Assembly: GCA_964658305.1 (NCBI GenBank)
Contig: OZ210885.1
Location: forward strand, 15,252,001-15,316,000
From: Leptogorgia sarmentosa
Lineage: Eukaryota
Length of the DNA stretch: 64,000 nt
Direction: 5' to 3'
The translations under genes were made by a program, and so were the position numbers. The notes under the pieces are model-generated. The model saw only the letters and a program-made list of their open reading frames with translations, searched no databases and was not told the DNA's origin. Positions within the stretch are counted from its first letter, which is position 1. Each line of letters begins with the position of its first letter. Below, in pieces: positions 47,940-60,173 of the stretch.

Positions 47940-49855
47940 TTATACAAAAAATCAGAACTGTCAAACCACAGAGTAAGTCTAATATAAGAATAATTATTCT
48001 TACTCTCTGGTCAAACTGACGATGTCCATGTAACTTGCTTAACAATCAATTCAAACGTCGCGCGATGGATGTCATCATCGATTATGACGTTATCAAGACG
48101 TCGTCGTCCAGTGAAGTCGTGCCTGCGTAAGCTCTCTAATTGCTGACTGTGGAACAAACACTTCATAGTTCTGTTGTTGCTGTGGAACCGGGCCACTTTC
48201 ATCTATACCGTAATTTGCCAGGTTTATAACATCCTGAACAGCAGTGGATGGTGAATGCATTGAGATACCATTCCAGCTACCTATAGTTGCGGGAGGAGGG
48301 GAGTAGTTACTTTCTGTTGAAATTGGATGGTTGTTCCATTGATCAGAAAACTCTTTTAAAACTATATTCACTTGATCAACATAAACCATTCGCAGTACAA
48401 ATAAGTGGATTTCATTTGACGGCACAAACACATTGTTGCTTTCCAGGTAGAGAAAAATGTTGAAAAATCTTGGTTACATCACGCCAAAGCCTTTCGATGT
48501 GTTGATTGTGCACAGAAGTCCCAGTTATAACATTTCCTCTGTTAATCCCCCTATGTTGAAGCATATACCTTCCCACCTCTAAATTTTCCAAACCGAGGTC
48601 ACACCGTACACGAGATGGGAGGTTATATTTCTCAACAGCAGTTTGAAAACATTGCAGTACTATTGTTGGTTGATGCCTGCAGATATGTAATCAAACGAGA
48701 GTAACCATCAATTGCACCACATATGACTATTCTGTATGGTTCGATCAACTTATGATTACCATTGATGTGCCTAAAATGATATTCACACAAAGGAATTGAA
48801 ACTATTTTTGCAATAATGTCAAGATAAATTAATTTCTAATGTGTCCATCAACCTTTTTTTATGATACAAAGATGGATTACAAATACTTGCCATAATGAGT
48901 TTGGAGAAGACACATACTTCCGACGTATGATTTGTCAAGCATTTCTTAATGTTGAGCTAACAGGGTCCACTCTTCGCAAAGACTGAAGAACCCTTGTCCT
49001 TTGCACATGAACTCCTCTTCTGTGTAAAGAGCCTTGCACTAGTCTCAATCCTGCTGAAGGAGTAACTCCCAGCCCTTCTCGAATGATCCCATCTACTTGA
49101 ACATTCTTCAAGTCAGCGAATTCTCTTCCATTTACTGGCATGCCAAGTTCATGTCTATGACACTGAAGTGTTCTGCTTGATATTTGCAATATGCGAGCAA
49201 TATCGTTCCATCGAAACCCAGCACCATTGTGTAGAGCTTCAAGTTGGGCTTGGGTGATTTGTATTCCAGGGCGGCTGGGTGCATTTGGCAGATGGTTTTC
49301 GTCGTTAGCTACCTATATCATATTTGAAGCGTTGTGAATGCAGAAATCAGTTCTAAAAATAATGAATCATGAAAACAGATCCCTTTTGTTTCAGAAAGCC
49401 AGTCCCAAAACTTATTCATATTGGGTAGGTACATCCCCTGTCATCTGGGTGAAAATTGAGATGTTCATGACCTGGTTCGTTGTATTTGTCGCTTTCTTGA
49501 ACATTAGAAAGGGACTCTAATTCTTCACGTATCTCACTCAAGCAAAAACCCAACAAACGAATATGATAAAAGGAATTCAAGACAAAAGGCATATCTCTGT
49601 ACGTTTCGTTGAGTCTTGAAAGAAGGATGGAGAAAGTCCTTTCATACTCATCCACTCTTCGTAAATTGAAATCGGCGGCATCTCTTCTTTGCGAAGGTCT
49701 TTGCCTTTCACACGTTTCAATGAGCCTACCCAGTGAATGGGAAAAGTCTGCATAATTTGGAAGCCATCTCTGCGTCATCTTATTATGTAATGCTTTAATT
49801 TATCGTAGGGCAAATAAAACAGACAGCAGTAAATGTCAAAATGAAATGACATGAC

Positions 49856-50050
49856 GGTACCTGGACATTTTGCCGAAAGACAGTTTGCCGAACGGACGGT
49901 TTGCCGATGGACATTTTGTCGAACGGACGGTTTGCCGATGGACATTTTGTCGAACGGACGGTTTGCCGATGGACATTTTGTCAAACGGACAATTTGACGA
50001 ACGGACTTTTCGCCGAAAAGACATTTCGCCGAAAGGACAACTTGCCGAAA
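49856..50050. repeat. 15/30-bp minisatellite (GGACATTTTGTCGAACGGACGGTTTGCCGAT), probably a transposon subterminal array
   Basis: About 12 subunits visible. Confidence 0.75.
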
Positions 50051-50329
50051 ATAGTGGAATGTTTGGGACTGTAACTTATTTGATTCGTCAAAATGTTTAG
50101 AGTTGTGACTCATTATTCTGTCAACAATTGTGTAAAATAACCATTATATGGTTCATCATTATATGATGTATAATAACATCATATGATTCATGAAACTTAA
50201 ACTGTATGCAGAACTAAGGGTGACATGAATAACTGCATATGGAATTTTATGGAAAGTCATGCGGAACACAAAAAAATTCTATGTCCCCATATGTGGACTT
50301 TTGGTCTCAGTGCTTCAAAAATACACCTG

Positions 50330-50521
50330 TTGTCCACATATCGTCAGCTGAGGAATTACAAGGTCTATCTGCATTCTGAGTAGTTGGGAGAAGATCACTT
50401 TTAATATAAATTTTAGTATACAACTGTGGTTTGAGATTTGGAAAGTTCAGAAGTGATCTTCTCCCAACTACTCAGAATGTAGATAGACCTTGCTAATCCT
50501 CAGCTGACGATATGTGGACAA
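50330..50521. repeat. Small palindromic MITE-like element with ~70-bp arms
   Basis: TTGTCCACATATCGTCAGCTGAGGA...TCCTCAGCTGACGATATGTGGACAA. Confidence 0.75.
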
Positions 50522-50638
50522 TCAAATCTAAAGAAAAAATGTCTATTAAAGAGTTTTTCAACTTAATATGAAGATATGTTTGTTTTAGCACAAAGAACTT
50601 GTCAAATTGAACATAACAACTGATAAAGGGTGGAGTTC

Positions 50639-51620
50639 TTAGGGCCTGTCTAACACAAAAATATATTGTTTCCTAATTCTTGGGTACTTCATGGTACCCA
50701 TCATTATATTTATGGCAAAAAATGTTCTAATTTCTGCAGCTGATGTATTGAGGGAACGGCCAGTCTGTGCAATGGCAGTCTGGTTTGTGGCTTGAGCAAT
50801 CATTTCATAAATTTCAGCATTTATGTATTGGTTAAAATAGTCAATTGGTTTCCAGTTTCTTCCATTGTTGACTTGAGCTTCTTGCTGACTATTGTCGCCA
50901 TTATTTAAATTTGGGGAAAATGATGCACATCTTTTCCATGTGAGTTCTTTTTTCTTTGTTTGAGTTCCACTGCGTCCACCACCACGTCTACCACCCCGTC
51001 TACCCTTTGGCCGTCCTCGTTGGGCATTGCCACAGCTCAAAGTCACAGGTTGACTCGCTTCATCTTCACTGGAACAGTTGTCAGTGCTACTAGGTACTTC
51101 ACCACTCTCCTCACTATCACCTGCTTCATTTTCTGGTGAATAATCACTCTCATCGTCTACATCATCATCTGCATCCGATAGTTCAATGTCAGAATTATCT
51201 AGAAGCTCCAAAAGTTCAGATGTATTAAAATATTCCCCTGAATGATAAAGATAACCAATGAGGTATGAGTTTTAAAGAGAGAATAATTACTTTTGGGCCA
51301 TTCAAACAAAAAACTAAAGCAATAATTCGATCCACATGTAAATCTAGTGAACTGAATTAAGACCCATTGTCCCCACATGTGGACTTCCTACTTCCTACAT
51401 TGAGACCCACTGTCCACGTTTGAGGACAAGCACTTTCGAAGGCTAAAATCATTGTCCAAAAAACTGACTGCACAAAAATAATTGTTCACAATGAATCTAT
51501 CCTATCTTATGTTTAAAACCGCATACTTGTTAGGTTACAGAAAAATCAAATACTATGTGAATTTTTCAATTACCTTTTGATTGTTGACTTTTCCTTCCAC
51601 CGCTGCTGGAGGCCATCTTT
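50639..51620 (-). pseudogene. piggyBac (PGBD-like) transposase N-terminal fragment, spliced
   Basis: Acidic N-terminus, then PIDYFNQY...IAQATN...EIRTFFAINIMMG..KYPRIR; GTCCAC/GTGGAC motifs around it. Confidence 0.75.
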
Positions 51621-51836
51621 GAAGACGATTTAAAATGTAGTATCATGAAGTACTTAGGTTTAACCTCTATGCATGGCAGGCTCGTTATGTCTTCAAGTGA
51701 GGACATCGGGAAATTGAACAACACTTTTCGATTGAGATGAAATATTTGACATTTAAAAATACCCATTTTTTGTCCACATACGTGGACAATTGGACTGAGG
51801 AAGACCACAACGTAAGCAAATTTCACTTCGAGAATC

Positions 51837-53411
51837 ATGGAATATATTCAAAGTTCTTGGGGAAATCGCAAAGCCCTGTGTTCTCTCCATTTCAAGCGTA
51901 ACATGGAATCCAAGCTATCGAATATCGGGATTCGTGGAAGGGAACAATTACCATTCATAAGGGACATCCTTGGTGGGCAAGTAGGAGAAACATTCCATCA
52001 CGGAATTGTCCATTCAGAAGATAACAAAGAATTTTATGGAAAGCTTTGTAGTCTAGAATCCATATGGAATGAACGTGAAACAGCTGTTACAAGAAACGAC
52101 CCTGTGTTTTATGCTTGGTTTGTTCGCTATCATGCTGACGCAGTAGAATCAGGTATGCTTCAGCCTCTTCGTGTTAGAGCAGGTCTTGGTGACTCGTTAT
52201 ATTCTACAAATGATAATGAAGGACTTAACAACTTACTAAAACAAAGAAGTGGTTACCAACGCATTTCTCTCCTTGAACTAACTGATAAAGCTCATCAAAT
52301 AGTAAATGAGCAAGATGCTATTTTAGAGGGGGCCATACTTAGGCAGGGTGACGCTCGCCTCACTGAATCATACAGTCATCTAGAGTTGAGTCCTGAACGA
52401 TGGAGAAAAATGAAGCCTGCGGAAAGGCGAAACTACCTTAAGAAGGCTAAGGAATCTGGTCCTTCATCAGAGAATGGGCCCACTACCCTGAGTGTATCAG
52501 CGGCCGAGTCGGGTATTCAGACTGTGCCAGCGAGTATGCTTCAAAATCAATTTACAAAAGCTGGACGGCTCTTGAAATCCAAGCAAGTAGTGAGAGGCTT
52601 TGATACAGGGAGCAATTCTCTTCTCGTTGTGTCAGATAGCTCGGATAAACCGCATGTTGTGACACAACAGCAGAATGGCAAGTTTACTTGCGACGATTGC
52701 GCAGCCTACTACCATTCTCGGATCTGCGCCCACACGTTAGCAGCGGCGGAGTTTGAAGGCAGACTAAGTCAGTTCTTGACATGGTTCAATGTCGCCGGCC
52801 ATGGAACGAATGTATCCAGACTGGCAGATTTTGGTATCGACACCAAGAAGTCTGGAAAAAAGCCCAATGAACGGGGGAAAAAGAAGCAATCTCAGAATCC
52901 TGATTTCATCGTTCACCACTATGACCGCCTTCAAACAAGTAACCCAACTTCCCAGGACCCAATCAAGCTTAAAACCGTTCGTTCAGGCGACCAGCACAGG
53001 GTTGCTAGCCTGGCAGCACCATCGCCAGCAGTGACACAAGAGGACCCTAACCGCTTTGCTGTCACTTTTTTACATGATCATCCTCGAGTGACAACATGCA
53101 CTGGTTGCCATAAGAAGTTTCCGCGCAGACATGATGGAGCCCCATTTTCTCCTCCTGACGATATTGTTGTATCACACCGAGAACGACGTACATGGCGAGA
53201 TCGCTCAGGAGTTCTTCAAATCGGGAAAGAGCAGGCAGCGTACTTCCACTTGAATATTTTGTGCATTCAAAAAGGGAACAGCAAGAAAAACTCCGATTTC
53301 GACGGGTCTCAGTTATACTTCCACCCGATTGTGTTTCTGAGGCTTAATGATGACCACAAGGGCTATATCAAAAGACAATTCCAATTAGATGAAATTCACC
53401 CAGCCGACTGA
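51837..53411 (+). CDS. Mutator-like transposase-derived ORF with SWIM zinc finger (probably 5'-truncated)
   Basis: LCSLHFKRN (CxxH), STNDNEGLN, FTCDDC...ICAH (SWIM) and C-terminal CxxC...H...C. Confidence 0.7.
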   Translation: MEYIQSSWGNRKALCSLHFKRNMESKLSNIGIRGREQLPFIRDILGGQVGETFHHGIVHSEDNKEFYGKLCSLESIWNERETAVTRNDPVFYAWFVRYHADAVESGMLQPLRVRAGLGDSLYSTNDNEGLNNLLKQRSGYQRISLLELTDKAHQIVNEQDAILEGAILRQGDARLTESYSHLELSPERWRKMKPAERRNYLKKAKESGPSSENGPTTLSVSAAESGIQTVPASMLQNQFTKAGRLLKSKQVVRGFDTGSNSLLVVSDSSDKPHVVTQQQNGKFTCDDCAAYYHSRICAHTLAAAEFEGRLSQFLTWFNVAGHGTNVSRLADFGIDTKKSGKKPNERGKKKQSQNPDFIVHHYDRLQTSNPTSQDPIKLKTVRSGDQHRVASLAAPSPAVTQEDPNRFAVTFLHDHPRVTTCTGCHKKFPRRHDGAPFSPPDDIVVSHRERRTWRDRSGVLQIGKEQAAYFHLNILCIQKGNSKKNSDFDGSQLYFHPIVFLRLNDDHKGYIKRQFQLDEIHPAD

Positions 53412-54449
53412 GATTAACTTTTGTTTACAGAAAAAGTTAGATATGCATAACACACTTGGATAGACATTGTAGGAGTACAGATTATTGTGGCCAGCCATGC
53501 CACGTGTAACGAACTCGAAACATTTCCGTTAGTATCATGGGACATTGTATTTCAAGTGTCATTTCGTATTCTCTTTTAACGTTTTGGTGTGCAAGCATTT
53601 ATATTACTACAGATATGTTCATTTGTTCAAGTTTTAGTTTATTTTCTCACAACTATGTATATCGATACAATACAGTATATTAGCCGATTCAACATTGCCA
53701 GTGTTTTTAGCATTTTATATGTTTTATATTTTGAAAAATTTTATTTTATACTTTTACAAGTATATATATGAGTGTAATACTAATAAAATAGTGTTGCTTT
53801 GCGTTCCAACAATTCTATCTATGCTAGCTATTTAATAAAATAAGCAGTTTTCCCTTATCGATTTATGGACGTTTTTAGGGTTTTGTTTGTCCAAACCTAC
53901 TTTATTTGTAGAAAATATGGCATTGCGGGAGGGAGGGCCACCTGCCTACCTACCGCCAACCTTTCAAAGGGTTTTGAGCAGGGTCTTTTTAAGGATTTTT
54001 CCATGGGCAGCTAGCCAAAAGGGACCAAAGGGATTAGAACGGAACGTTAACAGGGGTTCGTGGTTCCTCGGGGAAATTTTGAAAACCTGATTCCTGCAAA
54101 TGCGATTCTGTGCAATCTGAGATGAAAATTTTGGGCATATGCCTTTGTATTAGTTAGAGTGAAAATAGTTTCCGTCAACAGTATTTTAGACTAAAACATG
54201 AACTCCAAGGACAATAAACTTGCAAAATGAAGTGGTGCATGAGGAAGCCTTCGTGCATCTTTTGTGAAAATTGGTATATGTTTTGGAAATCTTTTACAAG
54301 CAACTCTTGCATGCTGCTAAGATCACCTTTTCGTAGCCCTTACAGGACATGTGTGCAAACTGTCTTGATTTCTTTCGTATGGTCTAAAAATATTATAGGA
54401 GGGGGCTTAACCCACCAAAATAATTGGGGGCTATAGCCCCTATATTATA

Positions 54450-55183
54450 ATTATAAATTTCCACTGCTAATTAATATACACAAAAGACTTTTCAAATATC
54501 TCATACACATCAATTCACTTCCTGATTCTACATTTGTAAAACAAGCCTTCCAGCTATCAAAAGAACTACACTCAAGCAAGAAACAAGGTTTCTACTCGAA
54601 TGTAATAAAAATATTCAAATCATTTAACGAATCTTTTGAAGCCGATAATCTAGAATCTCTTACACACAATAGCATGAACCAACACGTAACAAACATGAAA
54701 AATAAATACTCTTTATTTTGGAAACACAAGCTAACTAATTCACCAAAGATACGTTTCCTCTCGTCAATTAAATCAGAATTCAAATTAGAACAATACTTAG
54801 ATCACATTAATAACCCCTCACATAGAAAACAGCTGACACAATTCCGTGTGAGCTGCCACTCACTCCACATCGAATCAGGAAGATACAACAAAACCTCCCG
54901 AGAACAACGTTTATGTGAAAATTGCGACTTCAATGAAATTGAAGATGAATGTCACTTTTCTCTCAAATGTAAATATTATGAACGGCAAAGAAAAGACCTA
55001 ATTTCCATCCTTCAAAACAAAACAAACATGATGATAAGATTTGAAACATTTAACGACTTACTTCAAATCTTATCCTCTAACGACTCTGAAATAATCAACA
55101 TATTTTCAAGATATCTTTTTGCATGTTTCAAAAAAAGAAATGAATGCCTTGACACCAGGGTTACCCAAAATAACAAAATTTAA
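54450..55183 (+). pseudogene. LINE ORF2 C-terminal fragment
   Basis: FRVSCHSLHIESGRY...RLCENC...IEDECHF.LKC. Confidence 0.8.
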
Positions 55184-55393
55184 ATCCAATAATACTGAAT
55201 ATCTATACAAAAGTGTAAATAGCTATTCTTTTATATTGTTGTAGTTATGTTAGTGCTTTAACAATACCTTGTAATTAGGTCATGTTAGTAAAGCCAAACC
55301 AAAACAATTATACCGTGGCAAAATATGTTTTAAACATTGGAACAGATCATACATGTTCTTCTGCATGGAAGGTGTAAATTCAAATGCTTGTCC

Positions 55394-55468
55394 CAAGCCC
55401 GTCTCGGCGTCCCCGTCTCGGCGTCCCCGTCCCGGCGTCCCCGTCCGGCGTCCCCATCCCACGTCCCC
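55394..55468. repeat. GC-rich (CCCGTCCCGGCGTC)n repeat
   Basis: About five 14-15 bp units. Confidence 0.7.
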
Positions 55469-55829
55469 GTCCCGGCTTTAGCAGTATCCTCTTGAAGGAG
55501 GCCATTTGAAAATCAAAACTCCCAGCGAGTTGTAAGAGATTTTCAGAAGTACCTGAGGATTGTGTTTTTGGCAGGTTTATGTGTTCATCAAAAATGCATG
55601 TAAGGCCCGGTTTAGACGCCGAACTTTTCATGCGCCGAACCTAATACAAGTCAGTACGACAGAAGTACGGCAAGTGATTTAGACGGACTTAATTGTGCCG
55701 TGCCTAAAAAGGACGGTCACATATATGGAAATAACATGAAGTATATCATCACCTTTTTGGCGCGTTTAAAACAAAATGGCGCGTTTGTCAAAACTTGGGT
55801 TGCAATTACTTCGTCAATAACATTGCCAG

Positions 55830-57067
55830 GCGCAATAAACGTAGAAGACTTTTAACTGTGCTGCTTTACGGCTTATGGAAATGATGTGTACTTTTTCAGA
55901 CTTGTTTAACAACCCTTGCAATACTGTCAAGCATACCTGCTCGTCGTCGTTCTTGTCGTCGATATCAGCGAAATCAAGGTTGGTGGGAATTGGTTTGGAA
56001 TAGCTACTAAGAGAAGCAATTCACTAAAACATTTAGAATTTCTAGGGATACATTCCAGTTTATTTTAGAACACATAAAACACGATATACAGCACAATGTT
56101 GTAACCGAGGAACCAATATCGCCAGAATGTAGATTGGGCATATGCTTATACCGGCTTGCCAGAGGAGATTATTATTATACAATCGCAGAAATTGTCGGAT
56201 TAGGTGTGGCAACAGTTTGCTTAATTGTGAAATAGGTGACTGAAGCCATTATTGCAAATTTATGGGACTTATCTGTAGAACAACACATGCCTAAAACCAA
56301 AGAAGATTTTGAAAAAAGAATTTTAGATATGGAGGAACTCTGGCAATTTCCTTTTTGTTGGGGGTCAATAGACGGTTGCCACATACCTATTAAGTGTCCC
56401 TCTGGGGGGCTTGAAGCATGCAAAGAGTACCACAATTACAAAAACTTTTACTCTGTGGTATTAATGGCAATAGCTGACTCAAACTATAGATTTCTGTGGG
56501 CAAGCTGTGGATTCCCTGGAAATTCGCACGATTTCATTATCTTTCAGTCCACTGAGCTTTGGAACAATATAACTGAAAATAATGCAATTCCAAACATTGG
56601 TCAGACTGTTGATAAAACTGTCATTTACCCACTACTTTTGGGCGACTCTGCATTCCCTCTACAAACCTAGATGATGAAACCATACACTAATGCAGTACTC
56701 GCAAAGAAACAGTCCAATTTCAACTACCGTTTGAGTAGGGCAAGAATGGTCACAGAGGGTGTTTTTGGTCAAATGAAAGGAAGGTGGAGAGTCTTGTTAA
56801 GGAAAATGGAAAGTGAAGCAGACCAAGTTAAAACAACAGCTTTAGCATGCATAGTGCTTCATAATATTTGCATCGATAAAGGCGAAACATTGTCAAGAAA
56901 ATTGGATCCCACTGTAGATCCGTTAACTAATGAAAGGAGGGATAGAGACAATCCGAAGCCTACTCCAGATGCGGTCGTGTAACAAGATCAAGGATACAAC
57001 TGCCAAAGCTGAGCAAATTCGAAATGCATTGTGCAAAAAACTTTGGCAAGAAGTAGAGAACCTGTAA
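55830..57067 (+). pseudogene. Harbinger transposase (stops and frameshifts)
   Basis: LYRLARG, GSIDGCH, YHNYKNFYS, PGNSHD, LLGDSAFP, FNYRLSRAR and LHN. Confidence 0.9.
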
Positions 57068-57114
57068 CTTAGTATAGTAATAAAGTAAAAATAATAAAAG
57101 GGTTTTGATTCCAG

Positions 57115-58142
57115 GGGCCGGTTGTACGAAAGGCGTTTAACTTAAACGGCATTTAAGCATTATCCAACGTATAAATTTCCTATCCAGCGGATAGTTAACC
57201 AGCGGACAAAATCGCGTTGCACGAAGCCCGTTTAGCATCGCGTTTAACTATACGATGGATAAACTTAAATTTACCCGTAAAAAACCGGATTTTCCAGAAT
57301 TTGTGCACCTCAACTTGGTACTTGAGGGAACTTGAGGGTAAAATGTTGCAGATTTCACACTCGTATAACATATCACGCTTCATGAAATTCGAAAAGAACG
57401 GTACGAGTATATTATTAATTAATTTTACAACAACTTCAACATTTTGTTCCTTGTCCTTGACCTTGAATTTTGTTGAAAACAATTTTTCGAACATTTTCTC
57501 TCATAGTTTGATTGGCTTAACAAAGTCATACCGAGCGAACAAAGTTCTTTTCGAATTTTGGGCTTTTGGCGTCTTTTTGTTTGTGTATTTATGTACGTTT
57601 AATATTTGGTCGTCTACAGCGATTGTTCATTCAAATTAATGGCTTTAAGTTGGAGTTTTACAGCTATTATTAAACACGATATATTAAGTGTGAAGCGGGA
57701 AAGTCAAAGAATATAACGTATAAACACTGGCCGGAAACTCGTGCGTTATGATTGTATAGCAAAGTCGCAGCCTTTTATTCATTTTCGAGGTGACTTCAGT
57801 TTACCTCAAGACAAGTTAGACAACAAAAGTCGATGGTGAGTACTCGCTTGACTTCTTTTGGTCCGTTGTAGTAAAGACAGTCCCCCCTTTCTGTCACAAT
57901 TCTCCTTCGTTAATCCGAAATCCTCATTATTATGTTTTGAAATGTTAATTTATCCGCCGGATAGTGAGTTAAACGGTCTCATGAGACCGTTTAACTTTAT
58001 CCATCGTTTAGCCAAAATTTAACCAGTGGATAGCGCTAAACTGGCTTCGTACAACGCAATTTCTCAATTGTTTAAATTTTATCCGGCGGATAGCGAGTTA
58101 AACGGTGTATAGCGACTTAAACGCCTTTCGTACAACCGGCCC
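57115..58142. mobile_element. Non-autonomous Harbinger-group MITE with CAG (CWG) TSD
   Basis: TIR GGGCCGGTTGTACGAAAGGCGTTTAA; CAG at 57112-57114 and 58143-58145; subterminal ATCC.GCGGATAG palindromes. Confidence 0.9.
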
Positions 58143-58716
58143 CAGATTGGTATAAAAATATGCACAACTGCATTAGTTTTTCAAAGATGCATGTTCAATC
58201 CAAAATATGAGTGCAATTTGTAGATCTTTAGAGAATACATATGAGTACATTTTCTCCCACATTTGCATGTATTGATGTTAATAAATAGTATTGTTATAAA
58301 GTTGGTGTCAAAGTTCAATTTTCCTGTTTGCTGATTTGACAAAACCGTATCATGTGCCAGTGCACATAACATCATGTTCGCCAACCAGTCAAAAATAAAA
58401 AGACAACGGCGGTCTTTGGGCCACAAAACACAATGTTTCGCTCAGTCTCAGTAAATAAGTGAAATAAATGCTAGATAAATGCACTGAATGGTTCTATAGT
58501 ACAGCGAGATATAATGCAATAAATGTCAACTTTTTATTAACTGTTTCAGGCAAACAAACTCAACTGATTACTAGAATGTCTAACAAGGCATTGGAAATAA
58601 ATAAATAACATCAAGTTTCACCTACATGTGCAGGGTGTTTGAGAGAATTGCATCATTAAAGTCAATTACATGTACACAATCCATTCAGATTTAATTAGAA
58701 GTTTTTACCTTCTAAG

Positions 58717-60173
58717 TCACAAACTGTGGTAACAACATTCATTTTCACTGTTGTATATCTCCTGAAACATAGGTGGAGCAATTTCTCCTTGAAACATGGT
58801 TGAATTAAATCTATGATGGGTAGATTCATGGTTATTTTGGACATGTCCCTGATTTCCATCTGGATGCACATTGAATGATAGGGGTTGAGAAAATGTTTGG
58901 TAATGTGATGCTGGTGGCACAGACTGCATTTGTGTAGCGTCAACTCATGTTGGCGGGACTTTTCTGCATCTTCTCTCATAAATTCCAGTATGTCTTTAAT
59001 AGGGTCATTCTCAACAGCTTTCTTTAGTAAAGTAGTTGCTTCTTCAAGTGCAGTTTTCTTTTTATTCTTCTTGTTTCTTTTAAAGGGTACAAAACGTTTT
59101 TTCATATTACCTTCTTGTGAAGCACTTGAGGAGTCATCAGTATTGGTTATTGTTCCTGAAGCTGAAGGCTCAATTGCTTGCTCAGGCTGACATGCATCTC
59201 GTGTTTTAACCAAGTTAAATAATGGGTTGAACCAGTCACCATAACCTTTGGTATCTTGAAATCTCTTTATACCCGTGGCACATTTTATAGTAAGTGCTGC
59301 CTTCTTGCATTCCCCAATCAATTTCTTAAAATTTGTTCTAAGTTGAACTACTGTAAATGGAACAGACTCCTTGCGTATGGTAGCTCTTTTTTGCATCTCT
59401 TCCAAAATCTTTGAATATATGTCACCATTTCTTTGGTTCTTCACATTTGTAAATATTAGTTTTCGTTTGTAGTTTTCGTTATTTATAATAATATCAACCA
59501 TATCATTAATAAGTGAATCACTCCATTTGGCCTTTCTTCCAGATTTTTTCCTTTTTTGTTTAGTCTTAGCCCGAGACTCACTTTCACTTTCACGACTTTC
59601 ACTGTGTCCTTCAGAAAGATCACTCCAATCATCAGCTTTTTGCAGCTCATCATATATATAGTCACTACCATCTGTATCATCCTGGACCTGAAGGTCCACA
59701 CTTTCAATGTCACTATAAAAAATGTATAGACTAGTTTTAGCACATTACTTATTCATTGCATAGTACTTTATAATTGTGACCACATTGTAACGATTATTCA
59801 AAACAAAAGAACAGTGAATTGAACGAAGACTTTTGAAGCAAGATATCCACCATGTTTAGTGTTGTAGGAAGAAATTATTTGCTAACACTGTTATTAAATA
59901 TAATCGACCAAAACTTACCACTTGTATTTTTTACGAGGCTTGTTATAGGTGATCTCTTTGTCCATTTCACCGATTTCAAACTACTTTAGACAGATCTGAC
60001 AGTCTTGCCGTTCTTGACACAATTCGAACAATAACCAACTTTTTTACCTTCTTTCCAACCAGGCATATTTTCGTCCTCTTCTGCAGTTGAACAGCAGTTG
60101 CAAACTGCAAATTTAATCGAAACTTGCCGAACTTAACTGATTTAGACGCCGATCTTATGTCGTATTTAATCAT
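58717..60173 (-). pseudogene. Harbinger Myb/SANT-like partner protein (spliced, frameshifted)
   Basis: RKAKWSD...LIFTNVK...QLRTNFKKLI.EC...GDWFNPLF; convergent with the transposase. Confidence 0.7.

Larger units (their letters stand above)
45328..48137. mobile_element. PIF/Harbinger-group (PHIS) transposon with AAT TSD and convergent genes
   Basis: AGAGAGC...GCTCTCT ends; AAT at 45325-45327 and 48138-48140. Confidence 0.85.
45199..49778 (-). pseudogene. Spliced IS3EU-like (integrase-core DDE) transposase, interrupted by a Harbinger-type element
   Basis: [50 protein letters not shown] and WNNHP.STE; frame restored across the insertion (VPQSAI-NLNERQ...PSDQ*). Confidence 0.8.
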
